This document shows positions 9,230 through 17,377 of a stretch of DNA of 51,327 nt, one piece after another. The first letter of the stretch is position 1; each line of letters starts with the position of its first letter. A model generated the notes under the pieces. That model worked only from the letters and a program-made list of their open reading frames with translations, did not search any database and was not told the DNA's origin. A program made the translations under genes and the position numbers. Origin of the DNA: a virus (taxonomy: Duplodnaviria; Caudoviricetes); IMG/VR virus record IMGVR_UViG_3300010354_000127, positions 1 to 51,327 of that record, one strand, 5' to 3'.

Positions 9230-9489
9230 TGGAGCTCATTCACCAGGACGACCACGACTGGAGCCTTCGCCCGCGCTGGCGGGTCGAGCGCCAGCCGGAT
9301 GGCACGACGAACCCTTATCTGGTCCGCTTCATCAAGCAGGGCCCGGCCCGCAAGCTGCTCGACCAGATCGCCGAGTGGGATCCTGACGCCAAGGTCTGGG
9401 GCTCCAGGCGCTGGGTGCCGAAGCACCCGCTGGTGCCACACACGCTCCTCGCGATCGTCGAGGCCCACATGCGGGAGGTGAGGGCCTGA
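9229..9489 (+). CDS. Hypothetical protein
   Basis: TGATG overlaps at both ends. Confidence 0.65.
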   Translation: MELIHQDDHDWSLRPRWRVERQPDGTTNPYLVRFIKQGPARKLLDQIAEWDPDAKVWGSRRWVPKHPLVPHTLLAIVEAHMREVRA

Positions 9490-10898
9490 TGTTCAACCCC
9501 GACTTCTACCCCACGCCGCCGGAGGTGGCGGCCACCATGCTCGATCCCCTCGACCTTCGCGGTCGGGTCGTGGTCGAGCCGTCAGCCGGTAGCGGCAACC
9601 TGGTGCGCGAGTGCCAGGCCCGGGGCGCCGCCGACGTGCTGACGGTGGAGCCTGAGCCGAAGCTGCGGGCCATCCTCACCGCCATCCCCGACAGCCGCCT
9701 GATCGGCGCCGACTGGCGCCAGGTCACGGCCGACCAGATCAGCCACGCCGATCTGATCGTGATGAACCCTCCGTTCTCGGCGGACGAGCACCACATCCTG
9801 CACGCCTGGGCCATCGCGCCGGCTGGCTGCCAGATCGTGAGCCTGTGCAACTGGAGCATCGTCACCAGCGACCGCTGGGGCAGCAGGGCCAGCAGGGAGC
9901 TGCGCACGCTGATCGAGCAGTACGGCAGCCGCCAGAACCTTGGCTCGGTGTTCGAGGACGCAGAGCGCACGACGCTCTGCGAGATCGGCCTAGTGCGGCT
10001 GACGAAGCCCGGCGATCGGCCCGGCGCCGACGAGTTCGACGGCTTCTTCCTGGGGCCTGACGACCTCGAGGCCGAGGGCCATGGCCTGATCAAGTATCGG
10101 CGCAGCCGCGAGCTGGTGCAGCGCTACGTCGAGGCCTGCCGCATCTATGACGAGCAGCTGGCCGCCGGCGTGCGCCTCGAGGCGGCAGTGGGCGGCATCT
10201 ACAAGGGCGAGCTGGGCATCCAGATCAGGATGGAAGGCTGCGCCGCCAGCCGGAACCGCTTCCGCAAGGAGCTGCAGAAGGCCTTCTGGGAGTCGGTGAT
10301 CGCCGAGATGCTCCCGCGCGAGATGGCCACCTCACAGCTGCAGGGCGACATCAACCGGTTCGTGGAGCAGCAGACCAAGGTGCCGTTCACGGAGCGGAAC
10401 CTGTTCAGGATGTTGCAGATCATCGCTGGCACCACTGACCAGCGGATCGATCGGGCCGTCGAGGCAGCGTTCGATGAGCTCACCCGCCACACCGCCGAGA
10501 ACCGGTGGCAGGTGGAGGGCTGGAAGACGAACGACGCCTACCTGTTCAATCAGAAGTTCATCGTCCCCTACCTTGCCGAGAAGAACTGGAGCGGCCTGGG
10601 TGTGGACCTGAAGCAGTGGGGCGGCAACTTCCCGCGCATCAGGGATCTAATCAAGGCGCTCTGCTACATCACCGGCAGGCCTTATGCCGAGGTGGAGCAT
10701 CCCGCATGTGGCTACGACCGGGTGGAGCCCGGTGTGTGGCACGACTGGGGGTTCTTCGAGTTCAAGGTCTACAAGAAGGGCACCGGCCACTTCCGGTTCA
10801 AGGACCAGGAGGACTGGGCGGCGCTGAATGCCAGGGTCGCCCGGATCAAGGGGCTGACCCTGCCGGAGAAGCTTCGGCGCCGGAAGGCCGCGGCCTGA
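9489..10898 (+). CDS. Amino (probably N6-adenine) DNA methyltransferase with DUF4942-like C-terminus
   Basis: DFYPTP, EPSAGSG (SAM binding), IVMNPPF (catalytic); C-terminal FFEFKVYKKGTGHFRF. Confidence 0.85.
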   Translation: MFNPDFYPTPPEVAATMLDPLDLRGRVVVEPSAGSGNLVRECQARGAADVLTVEPEPKLRAILTAIPDSRLIGADWRQVTADQISHADLIVMNPPFSADEHHILHAWAIAPAGCQIVSLCNWSIVTSDRWGSRASRELRTLIEQYGSRQNLGSVFEDAERTTLCEIGLVRLTKPGDRPGADEFDGFFLGPDDLEAEGHGLIKYRRSRELVQRYVEACRIYDEQLAAGVRLEAAVGGIYKGELGIQIRMEGCAASRNRFRKELQKAFWESVIAEMLPREMATSQLQGDINRFVEQQTKVPFTERNLFRMLQIIAGTTDQRIDRAVEAAFDELTRHTAENRWQVEGWKTNDAYLFNQKFIVPYLAEKNWSGLGVDLKQWGGNFPRIRDLIKALCYITGRPYAEVEHPACGYDRVEPGVWHDWGFFEFKVYKKGTGHFRFKDQEDWAALNARVARIKGLTLPEKLRRRKAAA

Positions 10899-10921
10899 TC
10901 ACCATTCGCTTATCTGAATCC

Positions 10922-11236
10922 ATGGACTCCCTCTACCACTACCGAGCCGAACTGGTGCGGGTCGTTGACGGCGACACGATCGACGTCGATCTGGACCTCG
11001 GCTTCGACCGGATCCGCACCCGCCAGCGACTGCGGCTGCTGGGTGTCGACACCCCAGAGCGGGGCCAGCCGGGGTTCGTCGAGGCCACCGACTGGACCCG
11101 CGACATGCTCAGCGGTGCATCGCGAATCATCGTCAACACCGTCCGCAAGGACAGCTTTGGCCGCTGGCTGGCGACGGTTTGGGTCGACGGCGTGAACCTG
11201 AACGACGAGCTGGCCTCCGCCGGCTGGCCCGCTTGA
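10922..11236 (+). CDS. Thermonuclease (SNase-like)
   Basis: RVVDGDT, RLRLLGVDTPE and DSFGRWLA motifs. Confidence 0.88.
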   Translation: MDSLYHYRAELVRVVDGDTIDVDLDLGFDRIRTRQRLRLLGVDTPERGQPGFVEATDWTRDMLSGASRIIVNTVRKDSFGRWLATVWVDGVNLNDELASAGWPA

Positions 11237-11303
11237 TCCCATGGACTACCAACCCGCCTGCGGAGCAGGCAATCTCCTACTCGTCAACCCACCATTCGCC
11301 CTC

Positions 11304-11594
11304 ATGACCACGAACATCGACCAGATCCTCGAGGAGCGCGGCAAGCGCTACGGCAGCTTCAGGGGGCACGCGTGCATCACGCAGTGTCTCAAAAAGACCA
11401 TCGAAGCTGGGCTGAAAGACAGAGGAACGCGACTCAGAGATGATCAGCAGGAGGCGCTCGACATGATCTGCCACAAGATCGGCCGGATCATCAACGGCGA
11501 CCCGGACTATGCCGACAGCTGGGACGACATCGCGGGCTACGCCAAGCTCGTCGCCGATCGCCTCCACGCCGAGCAGCAGCAGACCCCTTCGTAG
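11304..11594 (+). CDS. DUF6378-like phage protein
   Basis: ILEERGKRYG...KIGRIINGDP..DSWDDIAGYA. Confidence 0.75.
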   Translation: MTTNIDQILEERGKRYGSFRGHACITQCLKKTIEAGLKDRGTRLRDDQQEALDMICHKIGRIINGDPDYADSWDDIAGYAKLVADRLHAEQQQTPS

Positions 11595-11603
11595 ACTCCC
11601 CAC

Positions 11604-11693
11604 GCCGGGTCGGCCCCACCCGTAAGGGCGGGCACCTCCATGACGGAACCGGGGGGTGGCCGTCACAGCCGATGGAGGCATCGGAGGCCCGGC
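11604..11693 (+). ncRNA. Candidate structured RNA or leader (four-way junction)
   Basis: Closing stem GCCGGGT/GCCCGGC encloses three hairpins; TAGACT -10-like box at 11592-11597. Confidence 0.35.
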
Positions 11694-11704
11694 ATTCATC
11701 CCCC

Positions 11705-12202
11705 ATGAACAAGACCTGTCCCGCCTGCGGCAGCGCCAAGACTGTCCAGGTCGATAACAACCGTCTCGCAGATGGCCTGCGCCGTCGTGTGCGCCGCTCC
11801 TGCCAGGCCTGCAGCCACCGCTGGACACTGATTGTCCCGATCAAAGGACCAGAGCTGCCCTGCGAGGCCTGCGGCAGCCTGAGCGCTGAGGTGCTCGAGT
11901 CACATGCAATGAAGAACGGCCGCCGCCGCCGCCGGCAGCAGTGCAATCACTGCAGCCACCGTTGGACCGTCTGGCTGCTGCCCGATGGGTCTGTGAGCCG
12001 CGCGGCACAGCGGCAGAGCCGGAAGCGCGCCAGCGAGGAGCGGCCGCAGATCCGCCGGCGGACCTGCAACGACTGCGCGAACTGGCGCGATGACCACTGC
12101 TGGTTCCGTTTCCCCGACCCCCTGGAGGACGGCCTCGGCTTCGCCGCCGACTGCCTCCAGTTCATGCAGCGTGAAGAGTTGCAACAGGCCGATGGCGCCT
12201 GA
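11705..12202 (+). CDS. Zn-ribbon protein with two NrdR-N-like repeats
   Basis: Two copies of CxxCGS...RRR..CxxCSHRWT plus a third Cys cluster. Confidence 0.7.
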   Translation: MNKTCPACGSAKTVQVDNNRLADGLRRRVRRSCQACSHRWTLIVPIKGPELPCEACGSLSAEVLESHAMKNGRRRRRQQCNHCSHRWTVWLLPDGSVSRAAQRQSRKRASEERPQIRRRTCNDCANWRDDHCWFRFPDPLEDGLGFAADCLQFMQREELQQADGA

Positions 12203-12242
12203 CGCGGCGTCCCGCAAACTATCCCCGTTCACGTCCACCACG

Positions 12243-12368
12243 ATGCGTTCCCTCATCTTCCTGCTGGCCTTCGCCAGCTTCAGCTTCCACACGCTCACCA
12301 ACAGCCTCGACAGGATGACCCAGGCTGACTGCCGCTCCGGCATTACCCGCGCGTGCGGAGGCCGCTGA
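12243..12368 (+). CDS. Small hydrophobic protein
   Basis: MRSLIFLLAFASFSF...; TGATG overlap with the next gene. Confidence 0.45.
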   Translation: MRSLIFLLAFASFSFHTLTNSLDRMTQADCRSGITRACGGR

Positions 12369-12586
12369 TGTACGGCCTGAAGCGCGCCGGGCAGTGGGTT
12401 TCTGCCGGCTCCCCCGTGATCAACGGGCTCATCCCCGCGACCATCCTGCTGTCGGACGACAGCCGCGACGCCTGGCTGTCGCCCACCCTGGACGACGCCC
12501 TAGAGCGCCGGACGCTGCTGCAGATGGTCTTCGGCCTCACCACCGAGGTGAGGCCCCTTCGCCCTTCTACCTCCCGCGACGAATGA
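12368..12586 (+). CDS. Hypothetical protein
   Basis: MYGLKRAGQWV...; overlaps both neighbours. Confidence 0.55.
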   Translation: MYGLKRAGQWVSAGSPVINGLIPATILLSDDSRDAWLSPTLDDALERRTLLQMVFGLTTEVRPLRPSTSRDE

Positions 12587-13092
12587 TCCTCCCTGACTTC
12601 CAGATCCGCCGGCTGTGCGAGGCCGGCATGGTCGAGCCGTTTGATCCGGCCCTGGTGAACCCCGCCTCGCTGGATGTGCGGCTGGGGCACAAGCTCCTGA
12701 TCGAGGGGGCCGAGAGTCGCCGGATGGTGTCCTACCCGTTCCACACCCACACCGAGGAGGAGCCGTATCTGCTGGTGGCCGGCCAGTTCGTGCTCGCCCC
12801 GACGCTGGAGTTCGTGCGGGTGCCCGAGACCTGCAATGCGCAGTTCGTGCTGAAGTCGAGCAGGGCCAGGGAGGGGATCGAGCACCTGCTGGCTGGATAC
12901 CTCGATCCGGGGTTCCATGGGGTGATCACGCTGGAGCTGCACAACAGCCGGCAGCTGCATGCGGTGCCGATCTGGCCTGGGATGAAGATCGGCCAGCTTG
13001 TGTTCAGCCAGATGCTGGCGCCGCCGGAGCGCAGCTATGCCATGACGGGCCGCTACCAGGGCGACACGACCGTGATGGAGTCGAAGGGCTGA
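12583..13092 (+). CDS. dcd: dCTP deaminase
   Basis: MILPD, VNPASLDVRLG, KSSRAREG, AGYLDPGFHGVITLEL, GMKIGQL, GRYQG. Confidence 0.92.
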   Translation: MILPDFQIRRLCEAGMVEPFDPALVNPASLDVRLGHKLLIEGAESRRMVSYPFHTHTEEEPYLLVAGQFVLAPTLEFVRVPETCNAQFVLKSSRAREGIEHLLAGYLDPGFHGVITLELHNSRQLHAVPIWPGMKIGQLVFSQMLAPPERSYAMTGRYQGDTTVMESKG

Positions 13093-13191
13093 GCCGTCTG
13101 TGAAGCATTGTTACGAACGCCGTGCCGTTGGGTGCGGCGTCGTGATGATGGGAGCACCGGGGCGAAGACGCCCCACCACCCCCTGAGAGTC

Positions 13192-13482
13192 ATGTCCAGT
13201 GACCGCAAGAGCATCACCCTCGTCGGCCGCGCCAGCAAGCTGGCGCTGCACGCTGACCACGCCTCGTTCCTGCTGACCGTCAAGGGTCGCGGTGATCGGC
13301 CTGAGCTCGTCGTTGAATGCCAGGCCCGGGGCCAGCGGCTCCTTGAGCAGTTCGAGCTGATCGACGAGGGCAGCCTCGTCGGCATCATCGGCACGCTGCA
13401 ACCGATCGAGGAGCAACACGCACACTCGATCGTGCGCATCGACCGCCTGGAGTACCTGGGCAAGCCGCTGGCCGCGGCCTGA
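13192..13482 (+). CDS. Short OB-fold (SSB/PriB-like) protein
   Basis: SITLVGR...VECQARG...EGSLVGIIGTL...IDRLEYL follows the SSB strand pattern; no acidic tail. Confidence 0.55.
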   Translation: MSSDRKSITLVGRASKLALHADHASFLLTVKGRGDRPELVVECQARGQRLLEQFELIDEGSLVGIIGTLQPIEEQHAHSIVRIDRLEYLGKPLAAA

Positions 13483-13539
13483 TCACACGGCCCGCCGGGG
13501 CCGTGCCCAATCCGGCAGCTACCCCATTCACCTCCTGCC

Positions 13540-13806
13540 ATGTCACTCGAAACCCGCACCGTCGTTCTCAACGGCACTGAGTTCACCCTGGGCCAGAAGT
13601 ACCGCGACACCGTTCTGGGAACTGAAGGTGTCGCCATTGCCGGCGCCAGCTACATGACCGGCTGCGACCAGATCCAGCTGGCGGCCCGCGACGCGAACGG
13701 AATGCCCTACAGCGTCTGGATCGACGTCACCCGCATCGAGGGCGTCACGGTCGAGGAACGACCCGGCGGCCCCGGCCCCGACATCACCCAGCGTCACCCG
13801 GGATGA
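13540..13806 (+). CDS. Hypothetical phage protein
   Basis: 88-aa ORF with normal protein-like composition. Confidence 0.7.
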   Translation: MSLETRTVVLNGTEFTLGQKYRDTVLGTEGVAIAGASYMTGCDQIQLAARDANGMPYSVWIDVTRIEGVTVEERPGGPGPDITQRHPG

Positions 13807-13870
13807 TCCTCCCCGGCGCCGCCATCGCGGCCCGCCTCTGGGCCGCTCTCACCATCACCACCCGATTCCC

Positions 13871-14083
13871 ATGGATCACCAGCTCCGAGTCAACGTCGCC
13901 CGCTGCGCCACGGCCAGGGCTCACCTCGCCGGCGCCGAGGCCATGGCGTTACGAGAACAGGCCGAGGTTCTGATGAAGCGCGCGGATGCCGCCAAGCGCC
14001 GGTACTGGCGCGAGGTGGCGTTCGCGCAGTCCCTGACCATCGGCCGCCAGGAGCTGGCCGAGCAGCTGGGGGCCGAGCCGTGA
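13871..14083 (+). CDS. Hypothetical protein
   Basis: 70-aa ORF within the rightward operon. Confidence 0.55.
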   Translation: MDHQLRVNVARCATARAHLAGAEAMALREQAEVLMKRADAAKRRYWREVAFAQSLTIGRQELAEQLGAEP

Positions 14084-14236
14084 GCACCAACCACCTCGAC
14101 CACGCCAGCTTCGCCTGGGGCCTGGCCCTGGGCGTGACGTTCGGCTCCTGGCTGCGCGGCACCCTCGACGCGCTGTTCCTGCGCCCGCGCCGCATGAGCA
14201 TCACGACCAACGAACCATTCCCCCGCTGATCCCCCG

Positions 14237-14770
14237 ATGACCATCCCCCAACGCTTCACCACCGGAGACGCCACCTTCTACGTGCTGGTGGTCTCCGACG
14301 ACATGACCGACGACAGCGGCAACCCGATCGTGTGGGAGCACCCGTTCCCCGAGGGCACCGAGCTGCGCGAGGTGCTGAAGCGCCAGCGCTCGCTGGGCGG
14401 CCGGTACGGCACCAGCTGGGTCGCCGAGTGCCGGATCATCCCTGAGACCCGCTTCGCAACTGTCAAGGAATCCTTGACAGCTCCCGAGATCTTCACGAGC
14501 CAAAAAGCGGCCGTCATGTGGGCCAACGCGGCGATAGCCCCAGCGGATGCCCGAAGTGAGCATCAGCCGCCGGGGCGCTACATCCCCGTCCCGATCACCG
14601 AGCGGGCGCCGATGAGCCAGGAGCTGGATTCTCAGGGCAGGTGCTGGTTCTACGACGCCTTCGTGTGCCCCGGCTGGCTCCTGCTTAGGCCGGACGCCAG
14701 CACGCGTGGCACGCACTGGCTCCCCCACTGGTGCTTTCCGGTTCCAGGCGAAGAGGCCAACCGTGCCTGA
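14237..14770 (+). CDS. Hypothetical phage protein
   Basis: C-terminal ERAP...DSQGRCW...THWLPH motif, of a type I recall from cyanophage small proteins. Confidence 0.6.
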   Translation: MTIPQRFTTGDATFYVLVVSDDMTDDSGNPIVWEHPFPEGTELREVLKRQRSLGGRYGTSWVAECRIIPETRFATVKESLTAPEIFTSQKAAVMWANAAIAPADARSEHQPPGRYIPVPITERAPMSQELDSQGRCWFYDAFVCPGWLLLRPDASTRGTHWLPHWCFPVPGEEANRA

Positions 14771-14918
14771 CCCCACCCCCACGACCAAGACGCTGCCCGA
14801 CGGCGCGATCCGCGTCTGCCTGGGCCGCGCCTGCGGCATCGTCAGCAGCTGGCACCTGGTGCCAGGCAAGGTCGCGCAGCTGCGGCGGCTTCTGTCCACC
14901 ACCACCGACACCCCATGA
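14763..14918 (+). CDS. Small hypothetical protein
   Basis: GTG start overlapping the previous gene; LPDGAIRVCLG..GIVSSWHLV. Confidence 0.55.
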   Translation: MPDPTPTTKTLPDGAIRVCLGRACGIVSSWHLVPGKVAQLRRLLSTTTDTP

Positions 14919-15301
14919 CCACCCGCACGATCACGCTTTCCGCTGAGCACTGGCAGCGGATCAGTGAAACCCTGGAAGACTGTCACGACGAAGGACCGAA
15001 GGGCGAGGGCTGGCAGAGCGCTGAGCTGTCGGCTGCCGCTGCGGCGCTGGACGCCGCCCTGGCCCAGCCGGAGCCGGTGGCAATGCCGCAGTCGCCAGTG
15101 ATGACTGATTTCACCGCAGGCGCTTGGCAGTCAATCGAAACTGCGCCTGATGACGGCACCGAGTTTCTTGCCACTGACTACGACTGCATCGACATCATTC
15201 ATGGCGAAGGCCGCCATTGGGAAAACCGTGATGGCGAGTTCTTCTACCCATGCCTATGGCAGCCACTGCCGGATGTCCCCGAGCTTCCTGATCAGCCCTA
15301 G
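14915..15301 (+). CDS. Hypothetical protein with DUF551-like C-terminus
   Basis: WQSIETAPDDGT...WQPLP motif. Confidence 0.7.
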   Translation: MTTRTITLSAEHWQRISETLEDCHDEGPKGEGWQSAELSAAAAALDAALAQPEPVAMPQSPVMTDFTAGAWQSIETAPDDGTEFLATDYDCIDIIHGEGRHWENRDGEFFYPCLWQPLPDVPELPDQP

Positions 15302-15317
15302 AGAAGGAGACTAGAGG

Positions 15318-15653
15318 ATGGCTCAACCCATAGCGTGCCCGTGCTGCTTGCACGAGGAGACCATGCGTGCTCGCACTCAGAGGCGTGAACCATGCCACGA
15401 CGATCAAGCCTTGATGCTCTGGAACAAGCCTCGTGGCGGCGCACGCGGTCAGCAAGTCACGGAATGGGATCAAGGTTGGTGGGAGTGCGTGATCTGCGAT
15501 CTGCGTTTGACCCCACACAAGGCAGGCGTCTTGCTGGATGCGGCGCTGATGCACGCCTTCCCTGATTGCGATTCAATCAGTTCGGAAGGAATCCACGCCG
15601 ACACGCTCAGAGCGCTTCAGGGCGGGAGCAGAACCACAAGTGAAGCAGGCTAA
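15318..15653 (+). CDS. Hypothetical Cys-rich protein
   Basis: AAGGAG upstream; CPCC and CVIC motifs. Confidence 0.6.
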   Translation: MAQPIACPCCLHEETMRARTQRREPCHDDQALMLWNKPRGGARGQQVTEWDQGWWECVICDLRLTPHKAGVLLDAALMHAFPDCDSISSEGIHADTLRALQGGSRTTSEAG

Positions 15654-15730
15654 TGCCAGCGCAGCAGGCACCTGCGCTGTGGGAACGTCGTGGGAACGCT
15701 TCCGGCTGATCTCCCGTAAAACCCTGATCT

Positions 15731-15822
15731 GACAGCGCTGAGCGCCGCTACGCCGCTCATCGCGTCGCCTAGCTGCGCAGCTCCTCGCACCGCCAACCAT
15801 CGGGGGCCTCACCCGAGGCCCC
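15731..15822 (+). ncRNA. Pentamer-repeat unit 1 (putative guide-like RNA)
   Basis: gacAG cgcTG agcGC cgcTA cgcCG ctcAT cgcGT cgcCT agcTG cgcAG ctcCT cgcAC cgcCA accAT, then CG and hairpin GGGGCCTC-accc-GAGGCCCC. Confidence 0.75.
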
Positions 15823-15851
15823 ACACCCCACCCCTGAGCCACCGGCTCACT

Positions 15852-15950
15852 GGTGGGCTGTCCCACCGACCGCCGCGACGCATCGCGACGCTGCACCGCG
15901 CCGTCCATTGCGGCGCTCAGCACACCACCGGGGGCCTGTCTTCAAGCCCC
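15852..15950 (+). ncRNA. Pentamer-repeat unit 2
   Basis: 5' hairpin GGTGGG-ctgt-CCCACC; accGC cgcGA cgcAT cgcGA cgcTG cacCG cgcCG tccAT tgcGG cgcTC agcAC accAC; then CG and a GGGGC...GCCCC hairpin. Confidence 0.75.
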
Positions 15951-15971
15951 TCCATCTATCCCACGAGGACC

Positions 15972-16601
15972 ATGGCATTTCGCCGTTTCCAGCTGACCAT
16001 CGAGGGCACGCGCCCTCTCATCCTGTCCAATCCCTGCACCGTCGACCCCCTGGGCCCGCACGCTGCAGCCATCAAGTACTTCACCGGCCTGAAGAAGAAC
16101 CGCAACGAGCACGCGCTGCGTCGCCTCCACTGGCTGTTCTCCGGCTACTGGGGCACCGAAGGCACCTTCACCTATGGCCCCTCCCTCGATGGTGATTCCG
16201 CCTTCGAGGGCTTCGCTCATCCCTTCCTCCCCGCTCAGAATCTGCAGCGCTGCATCCGTGATGGCGCGACCGCCTGGAAGCTCGGGAAGGACACGAAGCG
16301 CGCGATCGTCGTCGAGGGTGACGCACCACTGGGCTACGAAGGCCCGACCGATGCCGGGCTGATGTACGAAGACCCGCGCTTCGTCTCGATCGCCCCCACC
16401 GGCCGCGGCACCATGGCGGTGCGCGTGCGCATCCCACACTGGAGCGCCAGCTACTCGATGCTGGTCAACGACGAGATCATCGACCCGCAGACGCTGGCCA
16501 AGATCCTCGATCGGGCCGGCATCGCCGAGGGCCTCGGCACCTGGCGTCCAATGCACGGCCGCTTCCAGGTGACGCAGCTCGATGAAGTGGAGGTGGGCTG
16601 A
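15972..16601 (+). CDS. Standalone Cas7/RAMP-like RNA-binding protein
   Basis: N-terminal strand LTIEGTRPLIL, PFLPAQNLQRCIRDGA, and a C-terminal Gly-rich loop AGIAEGLGTWRPMHGRFQV, the layout of RAMP proteins; GAGGA upstream. Confidence 0.65.
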   Translation: MAFRRFQLTIEGTRPLILSNPCTVDPLGPHAAAIKYFTGLKKNRNEHALRRLHWLFSGYWGTEGTFTYGPSLDGDSAFEGFAHPFLPAQNLQRCIRDGATAWKLGKDTKRAIVVEGDAPLGYEGPTDAGLMYEDPRFVSIAPTGRGTMAVRVRIPHWSASYSMLVNDEIIDPQTLAKILDRAGIAEGLGTWRPMHGRFQVTQLDEVEVG

Positions 16602-17104
16602 TGAGGGCCGCTTCGATCGACGCCACCAAGCTGTTCAAGGGGCAGACGATCCCCGGGGAGCTGGTGTGGGAGCACTACGTGAACAGGAAGCCCGACAAGC
16701 TGCAGGCCTGGCTGGATGAGCACGGGGATGAGGAGACCGCCAAGCTGGCGCGGCTGCCCTATGTGCTGCTCCAGGTGAGGGACTGGCTGGAGCGGGACCG
16801 CCGGGAGGCGGAGCTGCCGCCGCTGGTGATGAACACGGTGGGCGGCGTGATCAACGTGCTCACTGACGAGAAGGCCTCGACCTACCTGAACGATCAGGCG
16901 TTCCAGGGGCTGCGGCGGCACCAGCGGGCCACGAACCGGCTGGTGACGGCAGTGGACGAGAGCCGGCTGACGGGTGCCGCGAAGCGTGAGCACCAGAATC
17001 GGATCAACGTGCACAGCTTCATCGCCGCATCGGCCCAGGGTGCGCAGCGTCAGCTGCGGCTGCTGAAGCGCGCTGGCAAGGAGGCGCCGAAGCTGGAGGG
17101 CTGA
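16601..17104 (+). CDS. Hypothetical partner protein, translationally coupled to the RAMP-like gene
   Basis: TGATG overlap; 167 aa; lies between the repeat clusters. Confidence 0.75.
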   Translation: MRAASIDATKLFKGQTIPGELVWEHYVNRKPDKLQAWLDEHGDEETAKLARLPYVLLQVRDWLERDRREAELPPLVMNTVGGVINVLTDEKASTYLNDQAFQGLRRHQRATNRLVTAVDESRLTGAAKREHQNRINVHSFIAASAQGAQRQLRLLKRAGKEAPKLEG

Positions 17105-17107
17105 TGG

Positions 17108-17219
17108 CCTGGGCATCCGTCAGGTGTAAGCCCCAGGACCGCGCCTCTCTCCGCCGCGCCTCGCGACGCGCCGCCTCACACCGCGCCGCCAACCACCGAG
17201 GCCCTGGGCAACCGGGGCC
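17108..17219 (+). ncRNA. Pentamer-repeat unit 3
   Basis: 5' stem CCTGGG...CCCAGG; gacCG cgcCT ctcTC cgcCG cgcCT cgcGA cgcGC cgcCT cacAC cgcGC cgcCA accAC; then CG and hairpin GGCCCTGG-gcaa-CCGGGGCC. Confidence 0.75.
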
Positions 17220-17228
17220 GCCCTTCAT

Positions 17229-17347
17229 CACCCGCTGCAGGCGCATGAGCCGAGCGGGTGCCATCACCGACGCCTTGCCTCGCCACGCCGCGCGTCGCAT
17301 CGCTCCGCACCGCAGCGCAGCGCACCGGCCCCCTCTTCGGAGGGGGC
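17229..17347 (+). ncRNA. Pentamer-repeat unit 4
   Basis: 5' stem CACCCGCT...AGCGGGTG; accGA cgcCT tgcCT cgcCA cgcCG cgcGT cgcAT cgcTC cgcAC cgcAG cgcAG cgcAC; then CG and hairpin GCCCCCTC-ttcg-GAGGGGGC. Confidence 0.78.
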
Positions 17348-17377
17348 ACACCCCACCTCTCAGCTGCTCGGCTGCCA

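Noticed and set aside
11604-11693. tRNA gene
   Set aside because: No TTCRA T-loop, no D-loop consensus and no 7-nt anticodon loop; kept only as a generic structured-RNA candidate.
15573-15923. Minus-strand ORF over units 1-2
   Set aside because: Antisense to the operon, low complexity, and explained by the pentamer tract.
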